From positions 1 through 36,067 of the forward strand of contig NW_021828062.1 in the NCBI RefSeq assembly GCF_006345805.1: a stretch of DNA of 36,067 bases, written 5' to 3'. Positions within the stretch are counted from its first letter, which is position 1. Every line of letters starts with the position of its first letter. The notes under the pieces were generated by a model. The model was not told the DNA's origin. It searched no databases and saw only the letters and a program-made list of their open reading frames with translations. Source of the stretch: Octopus sinensis. Taxonomy: Eukaryota. Below are positions 12,241 through 25,018 of this stretch, one piece after another. The position numbers and the translations under genes were made by a program.

Positions 12241-12455
12241 AGGTGGTGAGCTGGCAAAATTGTTAGCACACTGAGCAAACTGCTTAGCAGCATTTTGTCT
12301 GTTTCGAAGTCCTGAGTTCAAATTCCGCTGAGGTTGATTTGTCTTTCATCCTTTCGGGGTTGATAAAATAAGTACCAGTTGAGCACTGGAGTCAATGTAA
12401 TTGACTTACCTGTCCTCCAAAATTGCCAGCCTTGTACCCAGATTTGAAATCAAAT
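12241..12455 (+). mobile_element. tRNA-derived SINE family B, full length
   Basis: Head GGTGGTGAGCTGGCA, B-box-like GAGTTCAAATTCC, central TTTCATCCTTTCGGGGTTGATAAAATAAGTACCAGT. Homologous to the four minus-strand copies at 13159-14045. Confidence 0.85.
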
Positions 12456-12473
12456 TTATTTGATTTCAAATAA

Positions 12474-12477
<4 letters not shown>

Positions 12478-12504
<27 letters not shown>

Positions 12505-12763
12505 TTCTCCACTTTTCCATGCTTGCATGGGTTGGGCAGAGTTTATTGAGGCAGATTTTTTTTTTATAGTTAGATGCTCTTCCTGTCACCAACCCATACC
12601 TCTTTCTAAGCAAGGTAATATCTCCTCATGGCCAGACATATATTTCCACAGAATATTGGAAATGAATGGCATTCATTTACAACAAACATATGATGCCAAG
12701 ATATGGAGACACGCACGCACGCACGCGCGCGCTGGGCATTTTTCAGTTTCCATCTACCAAAAC
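12478..12763 (-). mobile_element. SINE (family A body) carrying an RTE-type 3' tail and (GAT)n
   Basis: Reverse complement reads GGTAGATGGAAACTGAAA (shared with 14197-14214), a microsatellite, then GTTGGTGACAGGAAGAGCATC...CCCATGCAAGCATGGAAAAGTGG...(GAT)n. Confidence 0.8.
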
Positions 12764-13158
12764 ATACATATTCTTAATAGAAATTTGAATCTCATTACTT
12801 TCATTAATCCAAATGTTTAAAATTGAAAATTATTTCTACAGTTTGTAATATTGTCTTTGAAAACAATAATTTCTTCAGTTGAGTACCTTTTGTTGACCCT
12901 TGCACAAATCGAGAGGCAGACTTGATCTCAGAGGTGAGAACCTGCAGGAACATAACTGTAAGCTGCCTTATTATTTCTGTCACTTCAACACTCTGCTGCT
13001 GTTGATGATTTGTAACATAGGCACAATATTGCATATGAGAGGGAGGCAGGGATATATTGAATGGTTGAATTAACATGTTCAGACTTTGAAAATAAAGGTA
13101 GATGATGTGAGGCATTTAGTCAGAGATTTTTTGTCACTTCACCCCTTTGATGCTACTA

Positions 13159-14045
13159 GTTTCTGAGTTAGGCACAAGAATGAGAATCTATTCCATTGAC
13201 CCCAGTACTTGACTGGAACTTTATTTTATTGATTCTGGAGGTATGAAAGACAAACTTGACCTAGAAAGAGCTGCAATAATCACCATAAAGCATTCTATCT
13301 GACACTCTAATCAGTCTGATAATCTACCACTCGAATAATAACTGCAATAAAAAAATAAAAGAAATTTTTTTTTTAATTTTCTGCTATAGGTTCAAGGCCT
13401 GAAATTTGGTGGCAAGGGACTAGTTGATTACATCAACACTTGTACTCAATTGGTCCTTTATCTTGTCCACCCCAAAAAGACGAAAGGCAAAATCGACCTT
13501 TGTGCTATTTGAAGTCAGAATGTAAAGTTGGAAGAAATACCACTAAGCATTTTTTCTGGTATACTAACGATCCTGCCAGCTCTTAATAATAATAATCCTT
13601 TCTACTATGGGCAGAAGGCCTGAAATTTTGGGGGTAGGGTTAAGTTGATTACATCGAACCCCAGTAATCAACTGGCACTTGATTTATTGACCCCGAAAAG
13701 ATGAATAGCAAAGTCAACCTCGGTGGAATTTGAACTCAGAACATCAAGGCAGACAAAATACTGCTAACCATTTCATCCAGTGTGCTAATGATTCTGCCAG
13801 CTTGCCATCTTAGTAATAATAATTATAAAAAAAAAGAATAATAATACTTTCTGATTTTGGTACGAGGCTAGCCATTTTGAGAGGAAGAGGTAAGTTGATC
13901 ACCTCAATCTTAGTACAACATTGGCATAATGTGACACATTTTGTGGGAGGGAGCAAACTGTCTCCAGTATTTGGCTGCTATCTACTGACTCTGCAAGGAG
14001 GAAAAATTAAGTGAAGCCATGCAGGATTTGATCTCAGAACAACTA
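13159..14045 (-). mobile_element. Four head-to-tail copies of SINE family B (~13159-13333, 13378-13584, 13596-13811, 13847-14045)
   Basis: Each resembles the reverse complement of 12241-12455 (e.g. GGAATTTGAACTCAGAAC, TCTGCCAGCT). Copies are separated by (AAT)n/A-rich spacers; the first and last are more decayed. Confidence 0.8.
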
Positions 14046-14059
14046 AATATTTCTGCTTA

Positions 14060-14462
14060 GGTGCAGGTATGGCTGTGCGGTAAGAAGTTTTCTTCTCAAT
14101 CACATGATTCCAAGTTCAGTCCCACTGTGTGACACCTTGGGCAAGTGTCTTCTACTATATAGCCTCAGGCCGACCAAAGCCTTGTTAGTAGATGTGGTAG
14201 ATGGAAACTGAAAGAAACCCAGTGTATGTGTGTGTGTCTTTGTGTCTGTGTTTGTCGTCCTCCACCACTGCTTGACAACCGGTGTTACTATGTTTATGTC
14301 TCAGTAACTTAGCAATTTGACAAAAAGAGAATGATAGATTAAGTACCAGGCTTAAAAAAAGAAAGAAAAAAGTAATGGTGTTGATTCATTCAATTAAGAA
14401 TCCTTGAAGGTGATGCCCCAGCATGGCCACAGTCTTATAACTGAAACAAGAAAAAGATAAAA
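14060..14462 (+). mobile_element. tRNA-derived SINE family A, full length (CORE-like segment)
   Basis: A-box-like TGGCTGTGCGG, B-box-like AGTTCAGTCCC, CORE-like ACCTTGGGCAAGTGTCTT, internal (TG)n, and 3' end CCAGCATGGCCACAGTC...CTGAAACAAGAAAAAGA. Homologous to 27596-27947. Confidence 0.88.
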
Positions 14463-16617
14463 TGTGAAATATAAGAGAGGGAGGAGTGGTGGCATTGGAA
14501 ACTGTTGATATGTAAGCAAGGAAAAGAGCCAAGCTTTTGTTTTTGTTTTCATGTTGGTCAATAACTCCCTACTGGATCATAGTCACTGAATAGATGCACA
14601 CGTGCATGCATGCACCCACCACATAGACTCTGATAGTTTGTGATAACTCCTCCCTTAGAGCAGTGTCACCTTAGAAATAGAATGTGTTATCCTCTTTTAA
14701 CTTGCTTTGTCTCTGCTAAAATGTTTCTGTTCACTTTTTATTATATTTTTTATTCTTTTATACTTTTTGTTTTATTTTTATTCTATATATATATTACAAA
14801 TTTGTTGAAGTAAATATAGAGAAACTGCAGAATAAAGTTGACATTAATTGCTTAGTTGTTTCTGAAATAAAAACACTTTTGTTTTTAAGTGCAACATTTA
14901 ATAGCGAATCTCCTTTTATTAGAATTTTATATCCTAACAAAACTTCTTGTGTTTGATTCATTTTAAATGTCCCTTGTTTAAATATGTTATTATTTAAAAC
15001 ATTTTAGTGTCAGTTAGAAATATACTCATTTAACAATTTTCAATGTTTAGCAAAAACAATGTGCCAAAATATAAAATTTTCATTGTGTAACGAGACTTTA
15101 GTCTGATTACATAGTTATGGAATCTTGTTTAAATGAAATAATTTGAAGTAAACAGTTGTGACTAATAAAAATGACTACAAAAGATAACTTTCTTTCAGAC
15201 ACAATATCAAATGTTGTCATACATTAAGGTGATATTTAGTGTTTAAGGTTGTTTATTTTACTGCACTGGGTTGAAGGTAATCTGTTGTGTAAATAATTAC
15301 TACATAATAGTTGCCTAATGAACTTTAGTCAATTGATGGTTCTTTCAAACTATTTTAATGATTTGTTTGAGTGATCTTTGTGTCTGTTTGAAGGTATTGA
15401 ATCATTACTCGACTGTATTGATAGCACGCCCTCCAATGCTTTGGAATAAAACTAATTGTTATATATTTACTGTATACCATAGTTGGTTATTTCTTTAATT
15501 CTTGCTCAGTAAAATATTGGGGAAACTATAATACTGAAATTTTTGGTAACTTACCCTGCTGCTCCTACATGTTGTCTGTTCTCATGTAGGAAATGATTAG
15601 TGCAAAACACTTGGCATGCACAGTGAAATTGAATGTACTAAGTGTGTGTGTGTGTGTTCTTCCTTAGGTATAATTGCTTCAAAAGCAAGCATATACATAT
15701 TGATATTATGTATACTTTTAAATACTGTTAAAATTTTGCAAACATGCAGTAATACTTGTAGTTGTCTTTTTAAAGAAGTTTGTGAGTGCATTTACCAATA
15801 CTGTTAAATATTTCACACTATTTTGGATAATTATAAAAATAAATTTCATTTACAAAGTTAAATATTTGACACTCTTTTCATATTTGCTTTTCTTTTTTCT
15901 ATCAGGAAAATTTCTATTCTTTTAATCTGTTGTCATCTCTGTAACTGGTGTAGTTGAAAATCTTAAAATGAAGAATTTCAGTAGTCAAATATTTATTTAT
16001 TCTGTATACTGTGGAAATAGTTTGTTGTTTGACCTTTTCTGATGAGAAATCTAACGATGGGTGTTTAACTAACTCTATTGGATTTAGAGGTTGGAAGAAT
16101 GGACCCTTGAGAAGATAAGGGAAATAGCTACAAATAAGAACTGCATTTGGGATCATTGACTCCATCTTACTTGTTACTTGAACTTCAACTTTCTTGTGGG
16201 ATAGTTTCTGTTATTTAGCCATAAGTTACAATGTAATAGTTCAATTGTCATTCCATTCCTCTGGTATGGCAATGGGACCTAATTTCATGCTGAGTCTACT
16301 ATAATATATATATATATGACTGTATTATTTAATAACCGAAACACTGTTTATAATTTGCAGATTTTCAAATGTTTCAACAACACACTGTAGTTAGTCATCT
16401 GTTTTTCCTTGCAAAGATATATTTGAGTTTAATGAATCAAATGTTTATGTTTTCAGTTTGAGTAATTGATATTTCTTAATTTTAATGAAATAAGTTACCT
16501 GCTGTCCATTTTATTATGTTATTCATTGGAATCTAATTATTGGCTTTGCTAGCTGATCATTTCAGTATTGAAAGTTTGTTTAGTAAGAGATGTTGATATT
16601 ATCTGACATCATCACAT

Positions 16618-16644
16618 GCAGCAGCAGCAGCAGCAGCAGCAGCA
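16618..16644. repeat. (GCA)n microsatellite
   Basis: Read directly; not within a credible exon. Confidence 0.9.
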
Positions 16645-18059
16645 TCTGTTCTATTCTGGGAAACTAGGCTGCTGCCGTCTACTGCTGCTGTTTTACAACA
16701 TGTACGCATTAACTATTTGTATTTCTAGAATATAGCACTTCATTTTTACCTACAACTTGCTACAGAGAAATCCTTTACAACTCTCTGCCTCTACCATTCC
16801 TTTGAGATGTTAGTATCGTAGAAAGACTGTTATGACCTGAATCAATTGCTATGTAGAACAACAACACAGCAAGGTCACACTGTCCTAATGACATTGATGC
16901 TGTAACCAATTACAGCTACAATAATCGACAATAGGAAAATAACATTATTTATATTCACTCCTGTAAATAACTTTTCACAACTTGTATACACAGAATCATA
17001 GAATAATAAATATGAATGTACACGCGTGCCCCCCCCCCCCTACTGTACAAGTTCTGAATTGCTTCATCTAGTGTTTTCATTCTCTTTTGCTTTCTATGAT
17101 TCATTCTCGAATTTTTACTATGAAACTGAAGAGTGTTGTATACATAACACTAGATGAGGTTAGAGGTTTGCTCAAGGCTATCTGCAGCATCAATTCTAAT
17201 AACTCTCACAGCCATTAATCTTACTACTTTCACCTTCAGCCATAATAGCCAATTCATTAATGTTGTTTTGTTTTGACTAAATATTTTCACATTCCCCATG
17301 CAAAGTAGTGACATTAGAACAATCTTTTGCCAGTGTATCTGAAGACAGCTTTATTGAACTGGTGACGTAGGTTTATGTTGGATATTGTGCAGTCAGTTGG
17401 GAGACACTTGTTTCTATTAGAAATATTTACATATCTTCCTCGTTATGTGTAAAGTTGATAACAATCTGTTGTTAACTAGACATAAAATGGAAGATTTGAA
17501 GTTAAGGGCTACTATTGTTTGTAAACCCCTGCATTGACAGGGTGAGTGTGAATCTAAAGGGTTGATGGGTTAGTGTCAGGGCATGACATGTATAGAAGAT
17601 AGTCCCAAATTAGTGCAGAGTATGTAATGTATTATAGGAATACATACACATTAGTCGAGCAATGATGAGGTTTGATGTATGATAATATTAAGGAAGTAGT
17701 TCCACATAAACTGATTTATGAATGTTTGTGAAAAAAAAAGAAAAGAAAAAAAGAAAAAAGTTGCTTCTAATAATATTTTTCAAATGACCATTATTGCTCT
17801 ACAGTAAATATTCACTGACTGTACAACTAATAATATCTACTGAAAATATGACCTAATTGACAGTTATAATAAATAGCAGGCTTTCAAACTAGATTTATCA
17901 GAGATGTCAGTGATGAAGAGGACATGCCTGTAAATCTGCAGACACACAGACACAAATATACTCCCCCACCTCACACTTGTGTCTAAATAAACAATACTGT
18001 GTAGTAGTTCAGTATGCTTGAGTAAGAATTGCCCTGGTGCAATGGGGGTGGGGTGGGGG

Positions 18060-18520
18060 TGTTTATGGCTCAATGTAGAGGAGGGGCTGTATTGATGGCA
18101 TTCACAGGTCCTCCCATGCTGCTGGGGGTGAATATGGTTTATGTTCCACAGTAAATGGAGGTAGGGAGAGATAGATTCCAGAGGTCGGATTTGTGGAGAG
18201 TTTGTGAGGTGTGACACAATATGACAAGGATAAAAGGGTGGACTCAGGTGGACATGGAATTCAACTAGCTAGCTCAGAGGTGCAGTGGCCATAGTAAAAG
18301 TGGTTGAGAGGAGATGAGAGAGAGAGAGAAAGGGTGGGGCAGTCTATTGGGGAGAGCTTGTATTGGTGAGTTTTTGTCAATCAGGCTGATGGTTTTGTTT
18401 TTGATGTTTGTAGAGCAGCAGCAGCAGCAGCGTTGTCCCAGATAAGGGAACAGTATTCAAATGTAGATGTTAGTGTAACAATGTGTATGTGTGGTAACAG
18501 CTTGGATGTTGATTAAAAAC
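18060..18520 (-). mobile_element. Old Jockey/CR1-like LINE C-terminal remnant
   Basis: Minus translations TSTFEYCSLIWDN (LEYCSxxW motif), HFYYGHCTSELAS and LLWN occur in the order expected downstream of RT. Confidence 0.6.
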
Positions 18521-18649
18521 CAAATAAGAATATTGTTTCATAATAATGTTTAATAACAGCATGTAAGTTTACACAAGTTTTAGCATCTATTATAATTTTA
18601 TGGGGTTTCCATACTCTAGTGGGTTAGATAGTGCTGCAAATCCTATAGT

Positions 18650-18800
18650 TTCTTTTGTCTTTTCACCAGTTTCTGTCATTAGACTACAGCCATACTGAGG
18701 CAGCATCTGTGAGGGATTTTGTCACTTATATCGACTCTACTGCTTTGGTACTCTTTCATCAATCTTATAAGATACAAAAGCAGAGTGAACATTAGTGTAA
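18650..18800 (-). mobile_element. Degenerate SINE 3' fragment
   Basis: Reverse complement resembles the family A 3' end (cagtatggctgtagtctaatgacagaaac). Confidence 0.5.
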
Positions 18801-19199
18801 GTGGAGATAACTCAGTTGGACATAAATAATCTAAGGTATTTCTCATTGAAATTACCTGTCAATACCAACTGGCTTGCTAAGGGTTGTCCATTAAATTTGA
18901 TGATGGCCAGCCTCTCCTTCAAATTATAGACCGCCTTCTACAATTGTGGATTCTATGAAGAGTATACTAAATGGGTAACATCAGTGGAAGATGTAACTAA
19001 TTGCATTTGAAGAATTGCAACTGTTACTGCCTATGATATACCTGCCATGTACTGTCACGAGTGAGGAAACTATGTAAGTGGCAGTCTTATATTGTCACAG
19101 CTATTTGTGATACTTAAGTTGCCACAACAACAACATCCACTCTTAAGAACCAGGGGTCCATGTTGCAGTAGAAAATATTTGTGCAGTGCACTGGGGAGG

Positions 19200-19600
19200 T
19201 GCACATTTTCCATTATTGCTGTTTTTGCTTTGAAAGGTATAGACCTACTAGCAAAACTGCTCCATCTTCAGGACATTACTGGAAATCCAGTCTTATCAGA
19301 AACCGCTTTAAAGCTAACTGCCAGTTGTTTTTTTTTTTTACCTTGAGTGTATTCTTCAGGCTTTTGTTTTCTTAAGTTTACCCACAAGGTAGCAGTGTGG
19401 TGCTGATAGATCATCTCACTATAGCTATGGAACTACCTCTCTTCTAGATAGATGTTCTGATAAGAATTCAAAGTCTATGATGTTTTTTTTACCAGAACTT
19501 GTTTGCCATCTTAATTATTTCTATGCCCCTGTGCACTATTGCAAGATGTTGTTGATCAAGTGAACCTCACATGCTAATGGACCCCCCCCCCCCAACACAT
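19200..19600 (-). mobile_element. Highly decayed mariner-like transposase C-terminal remnant
   Basis: FEFLSEHLSRREVVP*L**DDLSAPHCYLVGKLKKT resembles the mariner 'EFL...VVPQPPYSPDLAPxDFxLFxKLK' block; DFQ*CPED follows downstream. Confidence 0.45.
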
Positions 19601-19609
19601 TTATTGCAC

Positions 19610-20030
19610 TATGTATACAAGGTAGTATAGCAAAACTTGTTTCTTGAATGTAGAAGTTCTGCAATAGCTAGGAAAAACTGGATGTGTAATGTTAGTGGTG
19701 CATGAAGGATGGTGGATAGATGAGTTGAGAGAAAAAGCTGGATATATGAAAAATCAGATGTAGTGTGTAAGGGAGAAGACTGTTGGTTCAGGAATGTGAT
19801 TTGTTTGGGAGATAGTGTTATGTGTCTGAAGAAGTGCTGAGAGTTTGAAGTTATTAGTTTGAAGTGCAGAAGAGGATGAGCTAAGAAGACATAGGACAAA
19901 GTGGTGAATGCTGACCTCAGCAAGGTGGATTTCGCAAAGACCCATTATGAATGGTGATATGTAGTTCTGGAGAAGACCAACCCACTGACACAAGCATGGT
20001 AAAATGATTAATAAGTTGGTGGTGTTGATG
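19610..20030 (+). mobile_element. Degenerate RTE 3' fragment
   Basis: CTGGATGTGTAATGTTAGTG (WMCNVS), TTGAGAGAAAAAGCTGGA, AAGAAGTGC, GTGGTGAATGCTGACCT and GAGAAGACC are collinear with 10107-10440; ends in AAGCATGG. Confidence 0.75.
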
Positions 20031-20539
20031 GCGGTAGGGTTGTATATTAGATCTCTCACCATTTTATTCCTATTAAGTCTCCATCTACTGCTCTCTTTAT
20101 TATCACCTATCCTCTTCACTGTATATCACCTGTGTATCGAATGGTATTTCATTTGATTTGACCTGTCTCTATTCGATATCCTCTCTGTCATCACACTGCC
20201 TCTTATGTGATACTTCCTTGCCATTGACCATCTGTTGCTAGTTTCCACTCACTCACTCACTCTTATTACATCTAATTTTTGTTGCTATCCTCTCTTGCTG
20301 TTCATAGTTTTCCTATTCAACATGCAACTACCATCACTATCTCTCATCCATTACTCCTCCCTTCCCTGCCATCCTCTCTTATTATTCTCATTCCTCTCTT
20401 CCCATTTTACTCATGCTCTTCTTTCAGCCTCTTAGTTACTTTCTCTTTCCTCTACTCACCTTCTCAGTCATGTTTCCCTTGAAAGAACATAGAGGACACT
20501 CTTTAGTCTTGCAGTGAACAAGGCATCCTCTTGGTTTTT

Positions 20540-20725
20540 CTCACTTCCAGTGTCACAATAAAATGTACCCAGTACAAGTGGTTGGAGATGGGAAGGACAT
20601 CGTACCAATAAAACAAAGTCAAAATTTGAATGTATGGGCAAGTTGTATCTACAGATAAGAACTAGCTTGGATTATGATCTGTCTAACCCACTCTAGCATG
20701 AAAGACAGATGTAAAATGATGATCA
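20540..20725 (+). mobile_element. Degenerate RTE-type 3' tail
   Basis: AGTGGTTGGAGATGGGAAGGACATC ... TGTCTAACCCACTCTAGCATGAAAG...ATGATGAT is collinear with 10768-10916 and preceded by a pyrimidine-rich tract as at 22360-22680. Confidence 0.6.
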
Positions 20726-20769
20726 TACCTATTTATCTAACCCCACCCCATCTCATATGCCAAGCTTTC

Positions 20770-20910
20770 ACAGACTCTCTGTCCACCAAATTTAATGTGC
20801 AAGCTATTGATAAACCTAAAGCTGAAGTAGAAAATACTTTCCCAAAGTGGTGTACTGTGGGATTGAACCCACAACCAAGATGGCTGCAAAGTGAACAAAG
20901 TGGCTAGTAT
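20770..20910 (-). mobile_element. Degenerate SINE family A head
   Basis: Reverse complement contains GGGTTCAATCCCACAGT and TTTGGGAAAGTATTTTCTAC. Confidence 0.6.
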
Positions 20911-20972
20911 CATAGTCAAGTATCTGAAATACAAAAATATTTTACATATTGACTTCTGTCTGTCTTTATACA

Positions 20973-21086
20973 TATTGGATCATCCCATAAATAATGCAGT
21001 TTTTTTATACTTCTTTTATTTTTCAAAATTAAGATAAACAAAGTTCTTTTTAAATCTAAAATATACTCTTGTTCATTTTCTACACT
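20973..21086 (-). mobile_element. Mariner 3' end with single TIR
   Basis: TA+TTGGATCATCCCATAAATAATGCAGTTTTTT resembles mariner-type TIRs. Minus strand encodes VENEQEYILD, like a mariner C-terminus. No second TIR found. Confidence 0.55.
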
Positions 21087-22025
21087 AAACCTTTATCGGC
21101 AGTAATATGACATCATGGTTATGTTGGCTGAATAGGTATAATTATTAGTTTCTCATTGGTTAAAATTACTGCTCATATTTGAATTCTAACTTTTGCCAAA
21201 GAGAAATCTTTCATGAAATACGGTTCTTAGATTTCAGGTATGAACAGTTATAAAAACCCTGATTTTTGGGAAATAGATCAGTGTTCGTTGGGTGTTACTT
21301 GATTCCAGACACTCACTTTCTTGAGATATTGGTCATTGTCATGCCAAGTCTCTTATCTGATTCAACAAGGCTATTTTGAATTGTTGTTCAGAACTCTTGT
21401 AGCTTAGTTATGGAAGAATTAGTTAATATAAATTTTATGCCGTAACTCTACAACAGTCTTCTTTTGACTTATAAAAATGTACTGTAAATATTAAATGTAT
21501 GTAAATAAACTAATTTAGTAAATACTTTCTTTTTTTTCATTTTCTTCAACCTGTTGATGAAATTTATTTCTGCAACTATGAAACTGTTATTGTAGTGATG
21601 AAAAAGAGCGAGCTTTATTATTTTCAACATATATGCATGTTCAGCATCTTAGGGTGTATAATTCACCTCAGTGTTTATGTAGTCTGAGCTAGGATTTATG
21701 TATGGTGATAAATACTTATAATTAAGTTATAAGTAAAGGGTTTATCACCCTAGTTTCCTACTCAATAAATATTTATATTTATTATCTCTTCCAAGTCAAA
21801 ACCGTTATAAATTGGTGATCAACTGATGTGGATTCCAAATTCTACTCGGGAGAATAATCACTGTTATAAATTGGTGACTCCAACATGATAAATAGATAAA
21901 ATCATCTAATTATTACAGACAAATTTCTACTATTATACATTGCTTCTTATCATTTCTTCTCAATGTTCACACCAGTTATAAACTAGGCGATCCATCCTGT
22001 TATAATCCACCGTTATAATGACATT

Positions 22026-22915
22026 GTAAATGTTTTGAGTGGAAAATTGAGTATAAAAGGCATTAGATATGGTGTGTAGAAGAGAAGACTGTGCTGGTAT
22101 TGATATATGATGCATATTGATGAAGACATTGGATAAAGAAGTGCCAATTACTAAATATCGAGAGAATCTGTGGAAAAGGAAGACCCAGGAAGATGTAGGA
22201 TGGTGAAAAATGATCTTCAGATGCTGCACAGAGAAGATGAGAAAGGATGAAGACAATTGGAAATTTGCTGTACTTGAGAAGACCTGTCCAGCTACGTAAA
22301 ATTGTGGCCATAGAGGCATGTTCTTCATGTACATGTAGTCCTGATGAACCTCTTCTGTATATTCCATTTTCCCAATACCTCTTCTCCCCACCTGCTCTAT
22401 TCTCCTCCCCTCTATCTCCAATTCCTCCTTGCCAGCCTACATGCACACAGTGTATTCCTACCAACTCTCTTCCCTACAGCATATTCTCCTCATACTCCCT
22501 CCCTCTACCTGTACCCACTCACTACATTCCTCATCCTCCTCTATTCCCCCCTCTCCTTTTGTAACCCTCTCCACTCCATGGTCCTCTTCACTGTATACAC
22601 CTCCCCTGTAACCTGGGCATATGTCCTGTCACATCTTTGCCATCTTCTCTCTCTCTCAATTCTCAGTCTCTCCCCTCTCGGTTGAGGGGACTTTGTCTTG
22701 CTGGTCACTTGGTGATCTTGCCAGTACTGGTGCCAAGTAAAAAGCTCCCATTCCACACTCTGTGATAGTGGTTGGTGTTAGGAAGGGCATCCATCCATAG
22801 AAACCATGCCAAAGCAGACAGTTAAGGTTGGTGCAGTCTTCTGGCTTGCCAGATTCTGTTGAACTGTCCAACCCATGCCAGCATGGAAAATGGATGATGA
22901 TGATGATGATGATGA
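22026..22915 (+). mobile_element. 5'-truncated RTE LINE with pyrimidine-rich 3' UTR and (GAT)n tail
   Basis: GAGAAGACTGTGCTGGTAT, AAGAAGTGCC and GGAAGACCCAGGAAGA (GRPRK). Tail GTGGTTGGTGTTAGGAAGGGCATCC...CCCATGCCAGCATGGAAAATG(GAT)n. Confidence 0.85.
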
Positions 22916-24377
22916 AATTTATAAATACAAAATATAAAACTTATGTATCATCAACATATTATAGTGTCTTGAGTGAAACTATTTTACGTTGTCAGAAGAA
23001 AAGTTAGGAGAAACAGTACCAGCTCCTCCAGTTGACCAATATAAATGAGTAGCTTATCTGTTGTTGTTCTAATCCAGCAGACTATGATCATGAATATTTC
23101 AGCCGTGACTAATTCATATATTTGTATCTCCGTGTCTTGTCTTTCCTTTATTAAGGATGTAGGATGTGATTTGAAGTCATTAGAGGAGGTGAGTGAAAGG
23201 AGGCTTTTCTTACTGTGTGTGTAATCTAGGTTATAGACTATATGTAAAAACTCTTGCAAGTCATCACTGAACCAATAATGTTTAAGTTTGTATTGTTCCT
23301 TGTGTTGGTTACATCACGGTGCTTGAGAGCTGTGACATATGTCATACTATACACTGCTTGTATGCTTGTATAGCTCTTGCAAGCTGTTCAGCTGTTCCAT
23401 TACATTGCAAACACTATGGACATGTTCATGAAGTTCCTCTCACAGCATTCTCTTTATCTGTTAGCCAAGTTTCTCAAGTTCAAATTGATTTCGTAAAAGT
23501 AACCAACTTAACTCCTTTTCTCTTTGCTTTAACTATGGCATGTTGATGATGACAATGATGGTATCATTGCCTGGTCCACTGATTAATTATCTGTTCTGAT
23601 GATAATCTGCTTCAACTCTGGTTTGAGGTTTTGAAGGATCATTAGATATGTGTCTCAGTGCTTTCATTCAACCTGTTTGAAGGAGCATCCATATTTCCCT
23701 CTAAGTTATATGCACCTCTAATTAGAAGAATGAAAGTTATATTAAAATAATCTAGTCCTAGAAAACACGTGTTGGACATAGATGGAATGTCTTTGGTTCT
23801 AGATCAATTTCATGAGGGCTGGCCTGTGGGCTAAACAACAACCTGTGCAACCTCATTAAAAGTACACTCCACTGCCATCTCTTCTATGTAGCAGCATTGT
23901 TTTAATGAGAGTGGTGGTGGAGGTGTCATGATAGGTGTGTGTGTGTGAGATAGAGAGGGGAATGTAAAGGGGTATACATGTGTGTGTGTGCTTGTGGTGT
24001 AAGTTGGTAGGTGTATGTGTGTGTGGTTGAGAGAGATTTGTAAGTTGGTACTTGTGCTGTGTGGTACAATTTGACAGCAAGCCCATAACATTTAGATCCT
24101 CCATATCAATTTGGATTGTGTAGATTTAACCTGTTTTGTTACTGATGTTACATTTTTTAGCATAACACAGCATTCCTGTGAGTGTAAAAACATCTTGAAT
24201 GGGAGGTGGGATCATAGACGATGGGCAGCAGATAGAGCGTGTTGGGTGATTGGAGAGTATCTACCTTTGTATCATATTCTTGGTTCAAAATCCTGCAGGG
24301 TTGGTGAAGTTCCTGGAATTTGGTTAAATGACAGATATCTCTCCTTTTCTTCACAAATGTACTTTATTGATTGATCG

Positions 24378-24379
<2 letters not shown>

Positions 24380-24410
<31 letters not shown>
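24380..24410. repeat. (GA)n microsatellite
   Basis: Read directly. Confidence 0.95.
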
Positions 24411-24413
<3 letters not shown>

Positions 24414-24661
24414 ATCTTGAGTGATAGTTTAGTTTGTCAGGTAGAAAAAGGTATTGAAGGCATTGCTTTTGGAGTAATTTTGTTGTTTCATTACACCTTG
24501 TGTTGAGTGTAGATTGTATGTGAAAGAGACTTTGTTTCATGTATGTAAGTGTACATGATGTAACTTTGACTTTGTTTTCTTTATATGTATCTGTGTATAT
24601 GTGTACACACACTATCTCACTTTCATTATCAACTTATATATCCGAAATATAAGTTATATAA

Positions 24662-24855
24662 CATCATTGTTTCAATGCCCACTTTTCCATGCTTGCATAT
24701 GTCAGATGTAGTTTATTGAGGCCGGATGCCCTTCCTGTCACCATTTCCAAGCAAGGTAGTATTTCCTCGTGGCCAGACATGCTTTTCACAGAAGGCGGGA
24801 AATGAATGAAATCTATTTACAACACTCTTACGAGAAACGAGCATAAACATGCACG
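24662..24855 (-). mobile_element. SINE 3' half with RTE-type tail
   Basis: Collinear with 12500-12710 (CCACTTTTCCATGCTTGCAT, TTTATTGAGGC, CTTCCTGTCACCA, AAGCAAGGTA, TGGCCAGACAT). Confidence 0.8.
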
Positions 24856-25018
24856 TATAATATATATGTGTGTGTGTGTGTGCATTTATATACATACATA
24901 TACATGCATATATATATATATATGTGTGTGTGTAGTTATATACATACATATACATGCATATATATATATATATATGTACATATATGTATATATATACATG
25001 TAGATATACATGTATATA

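Noticed and set aside
13159-14045. CRISPR-like or satellite array
   Set aside because: Units are ~200-bp diverged SINEs, not short identical repeats with spacers; context is eukaryotic.
14060-14135. tRNA genes at SINE heads (also 27596, 12241, ~24245-24300)
   Set aside because: Only A/B-box-like remnants without a full cloverleaf; most continue into SINE bodies.
15914-16165. 83-aa minus ORF (also 22984-23259 and 23319-23546)
   Set aside because: No recognisable motif or splice context.
17064-17157. 12-bp inverted repeat plus CTGAAGA followed by a GTGTT/AACAC stem
   Set aside because: No GAAA after the stem and no stem I or III; plausible by chance in AT-rich DNA.
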